A stretch of 64,000 bases of DNA from an uncultured Nitrososphaerota archaeon. GTDB taxonomy: Archaea; Thermoproteota; Nitrososphaeria; Conexivisphaerales; DTJL01. This document shows, piece by piece, positions 8,045 to 17,214 of this stretch. The stretch lies in contig CAWJIE010000005.1 of assembly GCA_963842885.1 (NCBI GenBank), positions 448,001 through 512,000 on the forward strand. The letters run 5' to 3'. How positions within the stretch are numbered: position 1 is the first letter of the stretch; each line of letters starts with the position of its first letter. The notes below the pieces were generated by a model. That model was not told where the DNA came from. It did not search any database and worked only from the letters and a program-made list of their open reading frames with translations. The translations under genes and the position numbers were made by a program.

Positions 8045-10335
8045 GTCTGAAGACGGACAAGAAGTGGATATCACGTTCCCTTCCCCGCATAGACGGCGAG
8101 GGGAAGGTGGACGGGTCCGTCAATTTCTTCTCGGATCTCTATCCGCCCGGTTGCCTTTACGCCAAGACCGTGCGTTCTCCTTTGGCCAGGGCAAGATTGA
8201 CCGGTATCGACACCTCCAAGGCCGAGGCATCGCCGGGAGTGCGTTGCGTTGTGACGCATAGAGACATCCAGGGACTGAACGGCTACGGCGTCTTCTTTAC
8301 TGACGCGCCGGTCCTCTGCTTTTCCGGCGTCAACTACGTGGGAGATCCCGTAGCGCTCGTCGCGGCAGACTCCGAAGATGCGGCGGCCAGAGCCGCGGAG
8401 CTGGTCGAAGTGGGCTACGAGGAGCTCCCAGCAGTCCGTAGTATAGAAGAGGCCTTAGAGCCGGGGGCCCCGGCCTTGCATCCAGAAGGCAACGTCGCAC
8501 GTAGCAACGTAATCAGGAGGGGGAGGTTCGAAAAGGCCGTCAAGGAGGCTCGCCATGTGCTGCGGGGCTTTTATGAGACGCAGAAGCAGAAGCATATGTT
8601 CATAGAGCCTGAGGCGGGGCTCGGCTACGTGGACGGCGGTGGAGTCGTGAACCTCTTCGTCGGGGGCCAGAGCCCGTTCAGGGACGTTCTCCAGGTGGCG
8701 AGGAGCTTGGGGTTACCGAAGGAGAAGGTGAGGGTGGTGAGTTTTCCCATCGGAGGCGCTTTCGGTGGCAAGGACGAGGTCACGGTGCAGATACACCTCG
8801 CTCTCCTCGCCCTGAAGTCTCGGAGACCTGTGAAGCTCATGTGGAGCAGGGAGGAGTCGGGAGCAGCAGGCTTCATGCGGCATGCCTTCAAGCTGGAAAT
8901 GGAGACGGGCTTTGACAGGGATGGCAAGATAGTCGCGAACCGTGCGAAGATTCTTGCGGACACCGGACCCTACCGTTCCTTCGGGCCGGCCGTCCTCGAC
9001 GTGGCCATGGAGACCGTCAACGGACCCTATTTGGTGCCCAACTTCATCATCGATGCGAAGCTGGTCAGGACCAACAACGGCCTCTCAGGGGCTTTCAGGG
9101 GTTTCGGCGCCCCCCAGTCGAACTTCGCCATCGAAGGGCAGATGAGCGCGGCTGCCGAACAGTTCGGTTTCGACAAGGCCGAAGTGAGGAAGAGGAACCT
9201 GTGGAAGGAAGGAAAGGAGGGCAACTTCGGGAAAAAGCTCGTGGACTGCGACGGTCTCGCGGAGTGTCTGAGGCGTGCATCCTCTTCTCAGTTGTGGAAG
9301 TCCAGGGGGAGCCTGAGGTCTAGTAGGCCATGGCTCAAGAGAGGTGTAGGTCTATCCCTAGCCGTGAAGGGTATGGGGTTCGGAACCCTTCCAGACTACC
9401 CGTCAGCGGCCGTCGAAGTCGACCCCCGGGGTCAGGTCACAGTTGGGTTCTCCAACCCAGACTATGGGCAGGGGCTGGTGACGACGAACATGCAGATAGT
9501 TGCGGAAAGGTTGGCTGTCCCTTTGACCTCGGTGCACGTCATCGACGCCGACTCTGGGATGGTGCCCGATACCGGGAGCAGCAGCGCTTCACGAAGCACC
9601 TACACTTCGGGAAACGCCCTTCTGAAGGCCTGCGAGGTGGCCATCTCCGTGCTGAGGGTTGAGGCGGCATCAGAGCTCGGGCTCGGCGTGGATGAGCTTA
9701 CTTATAGCAACGGAAAGTTCATGGGCAAGGGCAGGGAGAAAGACATCTTCAGGCTCGCCAAGTCGATGAGGTTAAGAGGTCTCTCCACCAGATTCGTTGG
9801 GACCTTCGAAGTTCCGCGCCACATGTCCACAGTGAAAGGATCTTTGGAGATACCACACTTGATCTACAACTTCGCGGCACTCGTGGGCGAAGTTGAGGTA
9901 AACACTCTCACTGGCAAGGTGGCGGCTAAGAGATTCATGTTCTTCCCTGACATAGGGAGGGTCCTCAATCCCGTCCTGGCTTCCGCTCAGTGCGACGGAG
10001 GCATTACGCAGGGGCTAGGCTATGCATTAACCGAAGAGCATGTCTACGTCGAAGGAGTCCCAAAGACGACGAACTTCACCACCTACCTCGTGCCCTGTTC
10101 TACGGATTCCCCCGAAGAGATATACACCGAATTCATTACGTCCTGCCTGGACTCGGGTCCGTTCGGAGCCAAGGGCGTGGGTGAGATACCTATCATCCCT
10201 GTGGCGAGCTGCGTGGCTGATGCCGTTTCAGATGCTACCGGGACAAGAATATCTTCCATACCGCTCAAACCCGAAAAAGTCTTGGCCGCGCTGTCCAGGC
10301 AAGCCTCTGAACGCAAGTCGGAACGATGGCCTTGA
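8041..10335 (+). CDS. Xanthine dehydrogenase family molybdopterin-binding subunit
   Basis: IGGAFGGK, AFRGFGAPQ, YGQG, SSASRS and GAKGVGE (catalytic Glu). TTG start overlaps the upstream stop. Confidence 0.93.
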   Translation: MSLKTDKKWISRSLPRIDGEGKVDGSVNFFSDLYPPGCLYAKTVRSPLARARLTGIDTSKAEASPGVRCVVTHRDIQGLNGYGVFFTDAPVLCFSGVNYVGDPVALVAADSEDAAARAAELVEVGYEELPAVRSIEEALEPGAPALHPEGNVARSNVIRRGRFEKAVKEARHVLRGFYETQKQKHMFIEPEAGLGYVDGGGVVNLFVGGQSPFRDVLQVARSLGLPKEKVRVVSFPIGGAFGGKDEVTVQIHLALLALKSRRPVKLMWSREESGAAGFMRHAFKLEMETGFDRDGKIVANRAKILADTGPYRSFGPAVLDVAMETVNGPYLVPNFIIDAKLVRTNNGLSGAFRGFGAPQSNFAIEGQMSAAAEQFGFDKAEVRKRNLWKEGKEGNFGKKLVDCDGLAECLRRASSSQLWKSRGSLRSSRPWLKRGVGLSLAVKGMGFGTLPDYPSAAVEVDPRGQVTVGFSNPDYGQGLVTTNMQIVAERLAVPLTSVHVIDADSGMVPDTGSSSASRSTYTSGNALLKACEVAISVLRVEAASELGLGVDELTYSNGKFMGKGREKDIFRLAKSMRLRGLSTRFVGTFEVPRHMSTVKGSLEIPHLIYNFAALVGEVEVNTLTGKVAAKRFMFFPDIGRVLNPVLASAQCDGGITQGLGYALTEEHVYVEGVPKTTNFTTYLVPCSTDSPEEIYTEFITSCLDSGPFGAKGVGEIPIIPVASCVADAVSDATGTRISSIPLKPEKVLAALSRQASERKSERWP

Positions 10336-10453
10336 CGGGTCTTGCATGCCAAGCGTGGGTTCGAATAGCGTAGCGATTTTGGTCGACTTGAGCCCGTCAG
10401 AGCAGTTCTAGGTCCGAAACCGTTGCTCGGTCTTCTACGGGCGACGGCCCCGT

Positions 10454-11068
10454 CTATTTGTAATCTTTTTCGAGTTCGAGTTCTTTGGCGGCTCTTGCGA
10501 AGTCTTCTTGATAGTCTATGTCCAAGAGCGCTCGCTGCGAGGCCGTCTCGACGTAGGTCGTGGTCTCCCTGTATTTCTGGACGACCTCTTTCATCCCGCG
10601 CCTCTCTTCGGATATCTCCATCAGATCGTCAAAGGTAGAGTCGTTGAAGAGGATGGGGTGGCCGCTCCTCCCCTTATATGCAGCCACTACGATATCATTT
10701 TTTGATCTCGCGAACTCGGCTAGGACGATGTCATAGAGACGCGGCTCAGTGAAAGCCATGTCACCGGGGGAGATCACGATCGCCCTCGCCCTGTCCTTCA
10801 GGTATCCCACTCCCGCGCGAATAGATGTGCTCATCCCCTGGAAGTACTCAAGATTGTGCACTTCTTCGAATCGCAAAGCGGAAAGCGCTTCAAGGACTCT
10901 CTCTCTTTCGTGGCCCGTCACGACGACGGTGTACTTGAGGCCCGCTTTCTGCCCGGCGAGGACAACGCGTGCGACGATTGGCACTCCGTCGATTAGTTCG
11001 ATGAGCTTGTTGCGCCCGAAACGGGTGCTAAGACCAGCCGCGAGGACCATCAAATAGATGGGCTTCAA
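10454..11068 (-). CDS. Molybdenum cofactor cytidylyltransferase (MocA-like nucleotidyltransferase)
   Basis: LAAGLSTRFGRNKL, GMSTSI, GDM, GHPILF, DID; adjacent to an XDH operon. Confidence 0.88.
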   Translation of the reverse strand: MKPIYLMVLAAGLSTRFGRNKLIELIDGVPIVARVVLAGQKAGLKYTVVVTGHERERVLEALSALRFEEVHNLEYFQGMSTSIRAGVGYLKDRARAIVISPGDMAFTEPRLYDIVLAEFARSKNDIVVAAYKGRSGHPILFNDSTFDDLMEISEERRGMKEVVQKYRETTTYVETASQRALLDIDYQEDFARAAKELELEKDYK

Positions 11069-11103
11069 GCGTAGCCTCTGTTCAAGACTAGACGTATATT
11101 AAT

Positions 11104-11661
11104 ATGCGTGGCCTGCTCGGATCTCTGTGGTTCATCTCCCTCATTGACTTTCTCTCCTCCACCTACAGGAAAGGTTATGCATTGGTGGTGGGGAGGCCTT
11201 CGAACTTCTCATGGCTGGTACCGGAATCCGTGGCGGGAAGTGGATTCCCTAGCGGACATAGAGCCTTTCGCTGGCTTAATGGGAAGGGAATCAGCGTGGT
11301 CTTGAGCCTGACAGACGAGACGATCGACGACCGGTACGCTGGAAAGATAGGCATTAAGGTCTACAGGCTGCCGATGGTTAACATGGAAGCTGCCGACCCC
11401 GAAGCTCTCGATCACGCGGTTGACCTTATGGTGGAGTCGGGCGACAGGAAGGTTCTCGTTCACTGTCTTGCAGGCATGGGCAGGACTGGCATGGTCCTTG
11501 CTGCCTATCTGATCAAGGAAAAGGGGATGAGCACCGATGAAGCGATTAGTGAAGTCAAGAGACTGAGACCTGGGTCTCTCAGAAGGCGCGTCCAGCAGAA
11601 GGCGATGCGTGACTACGAAACCTACCTACTCAAAGTCCGAGGCAACAAGGCGTCCTCCTAG
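11104..11661 (+). CDS. Dual-specificity/PTP-family protein phosphatase
   Basis: VHCLAGMGRTG (HCx5R) motif; N-terminal NFSWL. Confidence 0.88.
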   Translation: MRGLLGSLWFISLIDFLSSTYRKGYALVVGRPSNFSWLVPESVAGSGFPSGHRAFRWLNGKGISVVLSLTDETIDDRYAGKIGIKVYRLPMVNMEAADPEALDHAVDLMVESGDRKVLVHCLAGMGRTGMVLAAYLIKEKGMSTDEAISEVKRLRPGSLRRRVQQKAMRDYETYLLKVRGNKASS

Positions 11662-12417
11662 TTGCACCAGGCCCTGCCTTCGCATTTCCTCAAGAAGGAA
11701 AAGCGCGTCCCTGTGATGTATCGCGGTCTTGGCGGCGACCGCTTTAACCGCTTCATGGAGGTCCTTCCCTTTTACGGCGAGGCCAGCCTCTTCGATTGCC
11801 CGGTGGTCTCTATTCCGTCTGGCGACGGCCTCGTTGCGGGGCCACCTTGTCTCCTCCACCTCCCCATCCGTCGAGACGAATATCCTTCTGGCGGTTTCGC
11901 CGTCTCCGATGGAGCCGACGTAGCTGGCGTAGCTGTGCCTCCTGACGTCCCATATAGCGTCGAACTCATGGGAGGCGTAGGCTGCGGTCACTTGGCCAAC
12001 GATGATGTCGTGGTCGCCCGCCTCCAAAGATGAAACCAGCTTGCATTCCACCACCGCGTCGGCTTCCCGTATGATTCTCACGCCCGACGTCCTTCCTGCG
12101 CCGATGTGGAGGCCGCTCAGGTCCAGCTTGTTGCGCAGGTACCTCTTGGACACGTCCCCGATGAACGCCATCTGCTGGACATAGCGGAAAGGAAGCTTGT
12201 TGACGGCGAAGGACTTGCTCTTCCGGATTAAGGAGTATGAGTACCGCTCCGGCGAAATGGCGACGCCCACCCTGGGGGGGTTGAGAGAGACCGGCGTGAC
12301 CCACACGACCGAGAGGGCGTCTTCGTCCTTCCCCAAGGCCGCGGATATGACATAGACGGGAGCCGGGTAGAAGAGCCGGTAGACTTGGTCCTCGGGCACG
12401 TCCCTGTAGCGAGACAT
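11626..12417 (-). CDS. Flavin reductase-like (flavoredoxin) protein with C-terminal extension
   Basis: YP-x-PV, W-x-TPVS-x2-PP, F-x-VN, EC, GDH-x3-G-x-V. Confidence 0.85.
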   Translation of the reverse strand: MSRYRDVPEDQVYRLFYPAPVYVISAALGKDEDALSVVWVTPVSLNPPRVGVAISPERYSYSLIRKSKSFAVNKLPFRYVQQMAFIGDVSKRYLRNKLDLSGLHIGAGRTSGVRIIREADAVVECKLVSSLEAGDHDIIVGQVTAAYASHEFDAIWDVRRHSYASYVGSIGDGETARRIFVSTDGEVEETRWPRNEAVARRNRDHRAIEEAGLAVKGKDLHEAVKAVAAKTAIHHRDALFLLEEMRRQGLVQLGGRLVASDFE

Positions 12418-12515
12418 AATATGTCAAAGGTGGCTCCACCCTCCAGCCGAGATAAGGGTTTCTTAACGCGGTACAATAGACAAGGTTAATTTGGCTATGC
12501 CGCTATTAGGATAAC

Positions 12516-12953
12516 GTGTTGAGGAACAGGCTTATCGAAGCCTCTAGAACTCGAGGCCGGGTGTCCGTGAACCTCATCGCTGTCGTTATGGGTGGAGGCA
12601 TCGTTATGACGTTGATCGGCGGCGATTTCCCTCATGTCGGCGCAGTGGCCCTTGCAGAACCTCGCCCCAGCGGGGTCGACAGGGGGAAGACGAGCAGCTC
12701 CGTGTCGGTACTGGTTCGACTGGGGCACAAGGAGGACGAGCTGGCAAAGAGGCTGGCCGGAGATGTTGCTGCTTCGTTGAACCTACCGGTCGTCCTCTCA
12801 GCGGGCATTCATATCGACCACGCCAGCGCCCAGGAAATCCATGATGCCGAGCTCCTGGCTGGCGCTCTGGTTGAGGATTCAGTTCCGAGGATCAGGAAGC
12901 TGCTGGAAGGCGTTCTTCTTAGAAGGAGGCGTCCGCCTCGGTCGCCTTCTTGA
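12516..12953 (+). CDS. LpdD/PAC-like small chaperone-family protein
   Basis: GG-x2-PHVGAVA, GHKEDELA, AGIHID-x-A motifs. Confidence 0.7.
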   Translation: MLRNRLIEASRTRGRVSVNLIAVVMGGGIVMTLIGGDFPHVGAVALAEPRPSGVDRGKTSSSVSVLVRLGHKEDELAKRLAGDVAASLNLPVVLSAGIHIDHASAQEIHDAELLAGALVEDSVPRIRKLLEGVLLRRRRPPRSPS

Positions 12954-13269
12954 AATCGAATGTGCCGTTCTTCATAGTGAGCTCGTACATGTCGTTCACT
13001 TCGAACCTGATGCCAAGGAGGTCGTATTCGTCTTCGGACAGGATTACCGTGAGCTTCGGAAGGATAAGGTCTCTCGCCTGTGGCATCATCACGCCGAGGC
13101 TCTGCATCTGGCTGAGGATTCCCTGAACCATCTGAGCTTCTTCACCGTATTGGGCACCGGACCTCTGTCCTTGCCGGCGTCGGACTTCGACGAGCTCTAC
13201 TTGTTTGCCTGGCTTGCCCGTCTCCATGTCGGTGTGGCTGCTTACTCTATTGACCTTGACTAGAACCAT
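12919..13269 (-). CDS. Arcadin-1 homolog
   Basis: PKLTVILSEDEYDLLG...VNDMYELTMKNG resembles the crenarchaeal arcadin-1 C-terminal pattern (recalled, not searched); similar length. Confidence 0.7.
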   Translation of the reverse strand: MVLVKVNRVSSHTDMETGKPGKQVELVEVRRRQGQRSGAQYGEEAQMVQGILSQMQSLGVMMPQARDLILPKLTVILSEDEYDLLGIRFEVNDMYELTMKNGTFDFKKATEADASF

Positions 13270-13308
13270 CGCGGGCGATTTCTCACCGGACGATGCCTTA
13301 AGTCTTTC

Positions 13309-14286
13309 TCACATACGCCTTGAAATAGTGCGGCGGAAGCTCTCGAGATCCTCGCGCTTGACAATCCTCGCATACGGGTCAAGACCGGCCCCTGAAATGC
13401 CAATCGCTATCGCTTCAGTGTTAGTGAAGACCCCCGGGGTGCCATTCCTATCGATCACTATAATACCCCCAGTGTTGTCCCCGAAGAGCCTCCCCATCTC
13501 CTGTACGGCCTTCTTTGCGGCCAAAGGCGCCGGGTTCTTCGACGCAATTAAGCCAACGGCCCTAAGACAGAGGCCACACTTAATGATCATTTCTCCGACG
13601 CCCGTGGCCGACGCCGCACCAACATTCCCCATGGCATAGTAACCCGCCCCGGCGATTGGAGAATCGCCCATCCGGCCCGGCAGCTTGAATTGCATACCGC
13701 CGGTGCTTGTGGCGGCAGCTAGGCCCCCGTCCTGGTCCAAGGCGACGGCTCCCACGGTGTCGGATGGTGCGGCGGCCCTCAGGTAGTTGCGATCCAGTCT
13801 CCCAATCCACCCCTGCTGCGACGAAGAGAGGTAGGACCTCCAACCCTGTTGGAAGGCCTCCGCCTTCTCTTTGGTGGGTAAGAACTTCTCCCTCAGGCCA
13901 TAGGCTTCGGCTAGCTTCTCGGCACCAGTAGAGACCAAGATGACGTGAGCGGTCTTCTCCATTACTATCCTAGCTAGTTCGACGGGGTGGGGGACGTCTC
14001 GGACGCACCCGACTCCGCCAGCGAGCAGCCTCTCACCGTCCATGATCCCCGCATCTAGCTCGATGTAACCTTCATAGTTAAGCGCGGCTCCCCTTCCAGC
14101 GTTAAGGACGCCCGAATCCTCCATCACCCTGACGGCGGCGACGACAGCATCGACAGCACTGCCCTTCCTGAGGGTCGAAGCCCCGGTCTCCGCCGCGTCT
14201 TCAAGAACCTTCCTGGCTTCTAGTGCAGCTCCTTCGTTCAAAGTCCAACGGCCGGCACCCCCTTGAACCACCATTTTGCCGTTCAA
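13309..14286 (-). CDS. Isoaspartyl peptidase/L-asparaginase (Ntn hydrolase)
   Basis: NAGRGA, ELDAGIMDG, DTVGAVA (Thr nucleophile), TSTGG, GRMGDSP. Confidence 0.93.
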   Translation of the reverse strand: MNGKMVVQGGAGRWTLNEGAALEARKVLEDAAETGASTLRKGSAVDAVVAAVRVMEDSGVLNAGRGAALNYEGYIELDAGIMDGERLLAGGVGCVRDVPHPVELARIVMEKTAHVILVSTGAEKLAEAYGLREKFLPTKEKAEAFQQGWRSYLSSSQQGWIGRLDRNYLRAAAPSDTVGAVALDQDGGLAAATSTGGMQFKLPGRMGDSPIAGAGYYAMGNVGAASATGVGEMIIKCGLCLRAVGLIASKNPAPLAAKKAVQEMGRLFGDNTGGIIVIDRNGTPGVFTNTEAIAIGISGAGLDPYARIVKREDLESFRRTISRRM

Positions 14287-14368
14287 GTTTCTGCAGAACT
14301 CCAGGCGGAGGCTCCAAGCTACCTCTTCTTAAAAGCATGGGGGAAGATGGAGGAGGACTCCGACCGGT

Positions 14369-14536
14369 CTACTTCCGCCTGAGTCCCTGCCGGATGATCT
14401 CCTCGATAAGTCGGCTTCTGTTAGCGGTGACCAGCTGGCCAGCCCTGACCTGGTCCGCCTGATGGCGACGAACGAGCTTGTCAAGATCCTGCAGAAGGTC
14501 TTCAGACAGGGTGATAGTCACCTTGGATTTCTTCAT
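14369..14536 (-). CDS. Ribbon-helix-helix (CopG-like) DNA-binding protein
   Basis: MKKSKVTITLSEDLLQDLDKLV...NRSRLIEEIIRQGL, 55 aa. Confidence 0.8.
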   Translation of the reverse strand: MKKSKVTITLSEDLLQDLDKLVRRHQADQVRAGQLVTANRSRLIEEIIRQGLRRK

Positions 14537-14741
14537 AACATAAGATGGTATGATAGTATGATATAGCCTTTGTGCAAATAGACCATGATGTCCCGATACA
14601 ACAAGATGACGGTCATGGCCGCTCAGGCAGGCCGTCGTCGGCGAGTTGCCTAGCATGTCGATTGGGTCCGAGTTGCACGTCCAAGCTAATGCGCTGCAGA
14701 TATCGAACAAGATATCGTGTAAGATAGAGCCTAGGACCAAG

Positions 14742-15029
14742 CTATGCGTTTTCCTGTTCGATGCCGGCCGAGTCGCCATAGCCGCATCCGCAGGCCATCG
14801 TGTTCGTGAGCACGAAGTGCTTGTCTTCGCCCTCTATAACAAGGTCGATCTCCGCTTGTTCAAGGACCTCCGCGGTCCGCTTGTCTGTCGGGACAAAGAC
14901 ATCTCTTCCGTTGAAGATCAAGTCACCTCCGGGGACTTTGTCGACTAGGAACATGCAAAGTGCTAGGTTTACTTGGTCCGCCTGTTGCATGGAGAAACAG
15001 ATTGCCTCGTACTTGCTTTCAGATAGCAT
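14742..15029 (-). CDS. Hypothetical acidic protein
   Basis: 95 aa ORF with ATG just downstream of a TTTAA box; no recognised family. Confidence 0.55.
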   Translation of the reverse strand: MLSESKYEAICFSMQQADQVNLALCMFLVDKVPGGDLIFNGRDVFVPTDKRTAEVLEQAEIDLVIEGEDKHFVLTNTMACGCGYGDSAGIEQENA

Positions 15030-15145
15030 TCCCTTAAATTTGTCTGTTTTTGCTTTATTAAGTGTAATAAGTGTAATACTTACGAAGTTTGAGTTCGATT
15101 TGGTTTGATGTTAACTTTGTTTATTTTTTTGTTCTGTGATATTGT

Positions 15146-15157
15146 GTGCTTCCTAGT
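15146..15157 (+). repeat. GTGCTTCCTAGT polar motif, copy 2
   Basis: Exact 12-mer preceded by a T/G-rich tract of about 110 bp. Confidence 0.9.
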
Positions 15158-15214
15158 GCCCGAACCGAACGTCTCAAATAGCGCCAAAGCTCGCAATTCA
15201 CCGGCCGAGATGGC

Positions 15215-16045
15215 TTGAGGAGGAAAATCCGCGACTACGAAAGAGACCTTTGGGCACTGTTCTGGAGTTATTCCAATAGCGGCGAATTCAGCGAGATCCG
15301 GACTTACCTCCTCCAGCGCAGTGGACTCCCCGGGCCCAGGGGAAACCTCGAGCTAGCAACTGCCTTCGGGAACGTCATTCAAAGAGGTGTCGTCTCTGGT
15401 GCCCTCGATTCCAAGGAACTCCTCTCGCTCTGTCAGAGCCTGTGCCAGATACCTCCCGCACTGGCACCCACAAACGATCCCAAGGAGTTCTTGGTGCTCT
15501 GCGGAACATGCGGGCTGGGAGCCCTCGGGACCGTGGCAGCAGATTTCCAAGCCGTCGCTTCCAGTCTGAGCTCCTTAGCCGGCGACCTAAGATGGAGAAC
15601 TAGGGAGGGGGTTGCCATGGCCCTTCAGCGGATGATCGACGCAAAGCCAAAACAGACCCTAATGCTACTCGCCCAGTGGGTTGAAGTAAATGACCCCCTT
15701 CTCCTTCGAGCCGTCGTCGCGGGGGTGGCGGAGCCGAGGCTCCTCCGCAACGACGATGTAGCCCGGTCCGCCCTCGGGCTTCACCGGAGGATTTTCGAGA
15801 GGCTTTCGGAACTTGACCGCGAAGGCGACGACTTCAAGGCTCTAAGGAAGAGCCTCGGCTACTCTCTGAGCGTAGTCGTGGCTTCTTCGCCTAGGGAGGG
15901 CTTTGCTTTGATGAATGAGTTGGCTAGGAATGAGGATCATGATGTTATCTGGATAGTGAGAGAGAATTTGACGAAAAAGAGACTGGCGAAGTGCTTGGAT
16001 AATTTGGATACTGTGAAGAAGATACTTTCAAGTAAGCAGGTTTAG
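15215..16045 (+). CDS. HEAT/ARM-repeat-like protein
   Basis: SGLPGPRGNLELA and D-x-RWR-x-REGVAMALQ motifs; all-alpha repeat pattern. Confidence 0.75.
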   Translation: MRRKIRDYERDLWALFWSYSNSGEFSEIRTYLLQRSGLPGPRGNLELATAFGNVIQRGVVSGALDSKELLSLCQSLCQIPPALAPTNDPKEFLVLCGTCGLGALGTVAADFQAVASSLSSLAGDLRWRTREGVAMALQRMIDAKPKQTLMLLAQWVEVNDPLLLRAVVAGVAEPRLLRNDDVARSALGLHRRIFERLSELDREGDDFKALRKSLGYSLSVVVASSPREGFALMNELARNEDHDVIWIVRENLTKKRLAKCLDNLDTVKKILSSKQV

Positions 16046-16151
16046 CCGTTGCATTGTGAAGTGTCTTCTACGTGTCTGGTCTCTTGTATATTGATTCTTT
16101 TGTGTTAATTTATTGAATTGGGTTTTGTTTATAGAGAAGGGTTGGTTGTGT

Positions 16152-16163
16152 GTGCTTCCTAGT
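16152..16163 (+). repeat. GTGCTTCCTAGT polar motif, copy 3
   Basis: Exact 12-mer preceded by a C-poor tract that reaches back into the upstream CDS. Confidence 0.9.
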
Positions 16164-16356
16164 AGGAGGCTGGGCAGGGTGGCTCTGAGCTGCCTTGGTG
16201 TTGTCCATTAGAAGCGTTCTCGACCCAGCAGTCTGGGCAATCAAGCTCGGGTATTTGTCAAGCATGCAATGGGGATGCTTTAGGTGTTGAGCGCGATTTA
16301 GCCTGTCATCAGGGGGACCCGGTAATCGGCGGCGTGCCTACGGGTCATCAGTCGGC

Positions 16357-16587
16357 GTGGACAACTTTATGTATCCAAGAAACGTGGTGTTGTCCGTGCC
16401 GCGACAGAATCTGATCAGGTGCCCTAAGTGCGATAGGCTGGCTTGGAACCCTGATATCGCTATCAGGACCGGTAAGAACCCCGAGAAGAAGTACAGCTAC
16501 TACAGATACAGGCACCCTCTCGACAGGCGGACCGGCCGCAACAAAACGTGCTACGTCCCGGTCGTCAAGCCCGACCCCAACCACTAG
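16357..16587 (+). CDS. Small zinc-finger protein, paralog of 1603..1854
   Basis: CPKCDR-x-W-x-P, RTGKNPE, YRYRH-x2-D-x-RTGRNKTCY. Its TAG stop lies within motif copy 4. Confidence 0.75.
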   Translation: MDNFMYPRNVVLSVPRQNLIRCPKCDRLAWNPDIAIRTGKNPEKKYSYYRYRHPLDRRTGRNKTCYVPVVKPDPNH

Positions 16588-16594
16588 GAAGCAC
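16583..16594 (-). repeat. GTGCTTCCTAGT polar motif, copy 4
   Basis: ACTAGGAAGCAC on the + strand followed by a G-poor, C/A-rich tract. Confidence 0.9.
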
Positions 16595-16681
16595 CCCATC
16601 AAACCAACAACTGCTCTCAACACTCTTAACAATAAGAATTCGAATTTACATAAAAAGATTCTCCCTTATCAATATAACGTA

Positions 16682-17098
16682 TCATTTCCCTCGAAACGCA
16701 TCAGCCTTACGCAACAAAATCTTTATGTTTTCATAAATAGTTGCTCTCATAGCCTCTTCCAAGGTCATCCAAACGAAATCCCGGTGTTCATTCGAAATCT
16801 TCACGTTGACGCTGTCAGTATAACCCAGGTAATATCGTACAGATTTATGAACCTTAGCTCCCCCTGGCCGCAAGTAGAAGTAAGTAATTTTCTCCGCGAA
16901 CCCGTCGACGAGCTTTATGTCAGGGAGGCCCGTTTCCTCCCTTGCTTCTCGGACCGCCGCGTTCAGCTCCGACTCACCAATTTCGATGTTGCCCTTGGGA
17001 AAGTCATACTTCGACTTGTCGTTTCTCAGCAATAGGTACTTGGTGACTCCATCCTGGGTATGGAAGACTACTACCCCAGCCGAACGCTCTTCGAGCAA
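16682..17098 (-). CDS. NUDIX hydrolase (Ap4A hydrolase-like)
   Basis: Nudix box FPKGNIEIGESELNAAVREAREETG; SNEH. Confidence 0.92.
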   Translation of the reverse strand: MLEERSAGVVVFHTQDGVTKYLLLRNDKSKYDFPKGNIEIGESELNAAVREAREETGLPDIKLVDGFAEKITYFYLRPGGAKVHKSVRYYLGYTDSVNVKISNEHRDFVWMTLEEAMRATIYENIKILLRKADAFRGK

Positions 17099-17214
17099 TG
17101 GTCGAACAGCCAGATAGTACCGGAATAGAACCTGACGCCGCTTTAAGCATAGTGTACAGGAAACGAAGCGTGGACTCCCCTACCGCCCGTCGTCAAACTC
17201 GCTGGATGCCATGC

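Noticed and set aside
15040-16160. T-rich tracts as ordinary archaeal terminators or low-GC horizontally acquired DNA
   Set aside because: The tract before copy 2 is not downstream of any + strand gene, copy 1 is mid-CDS, and the bias is strand-specific and ends at the motif. A terminator role for the tracts at 16.1, 16.6 and 31.2 kb cannot be excluded.
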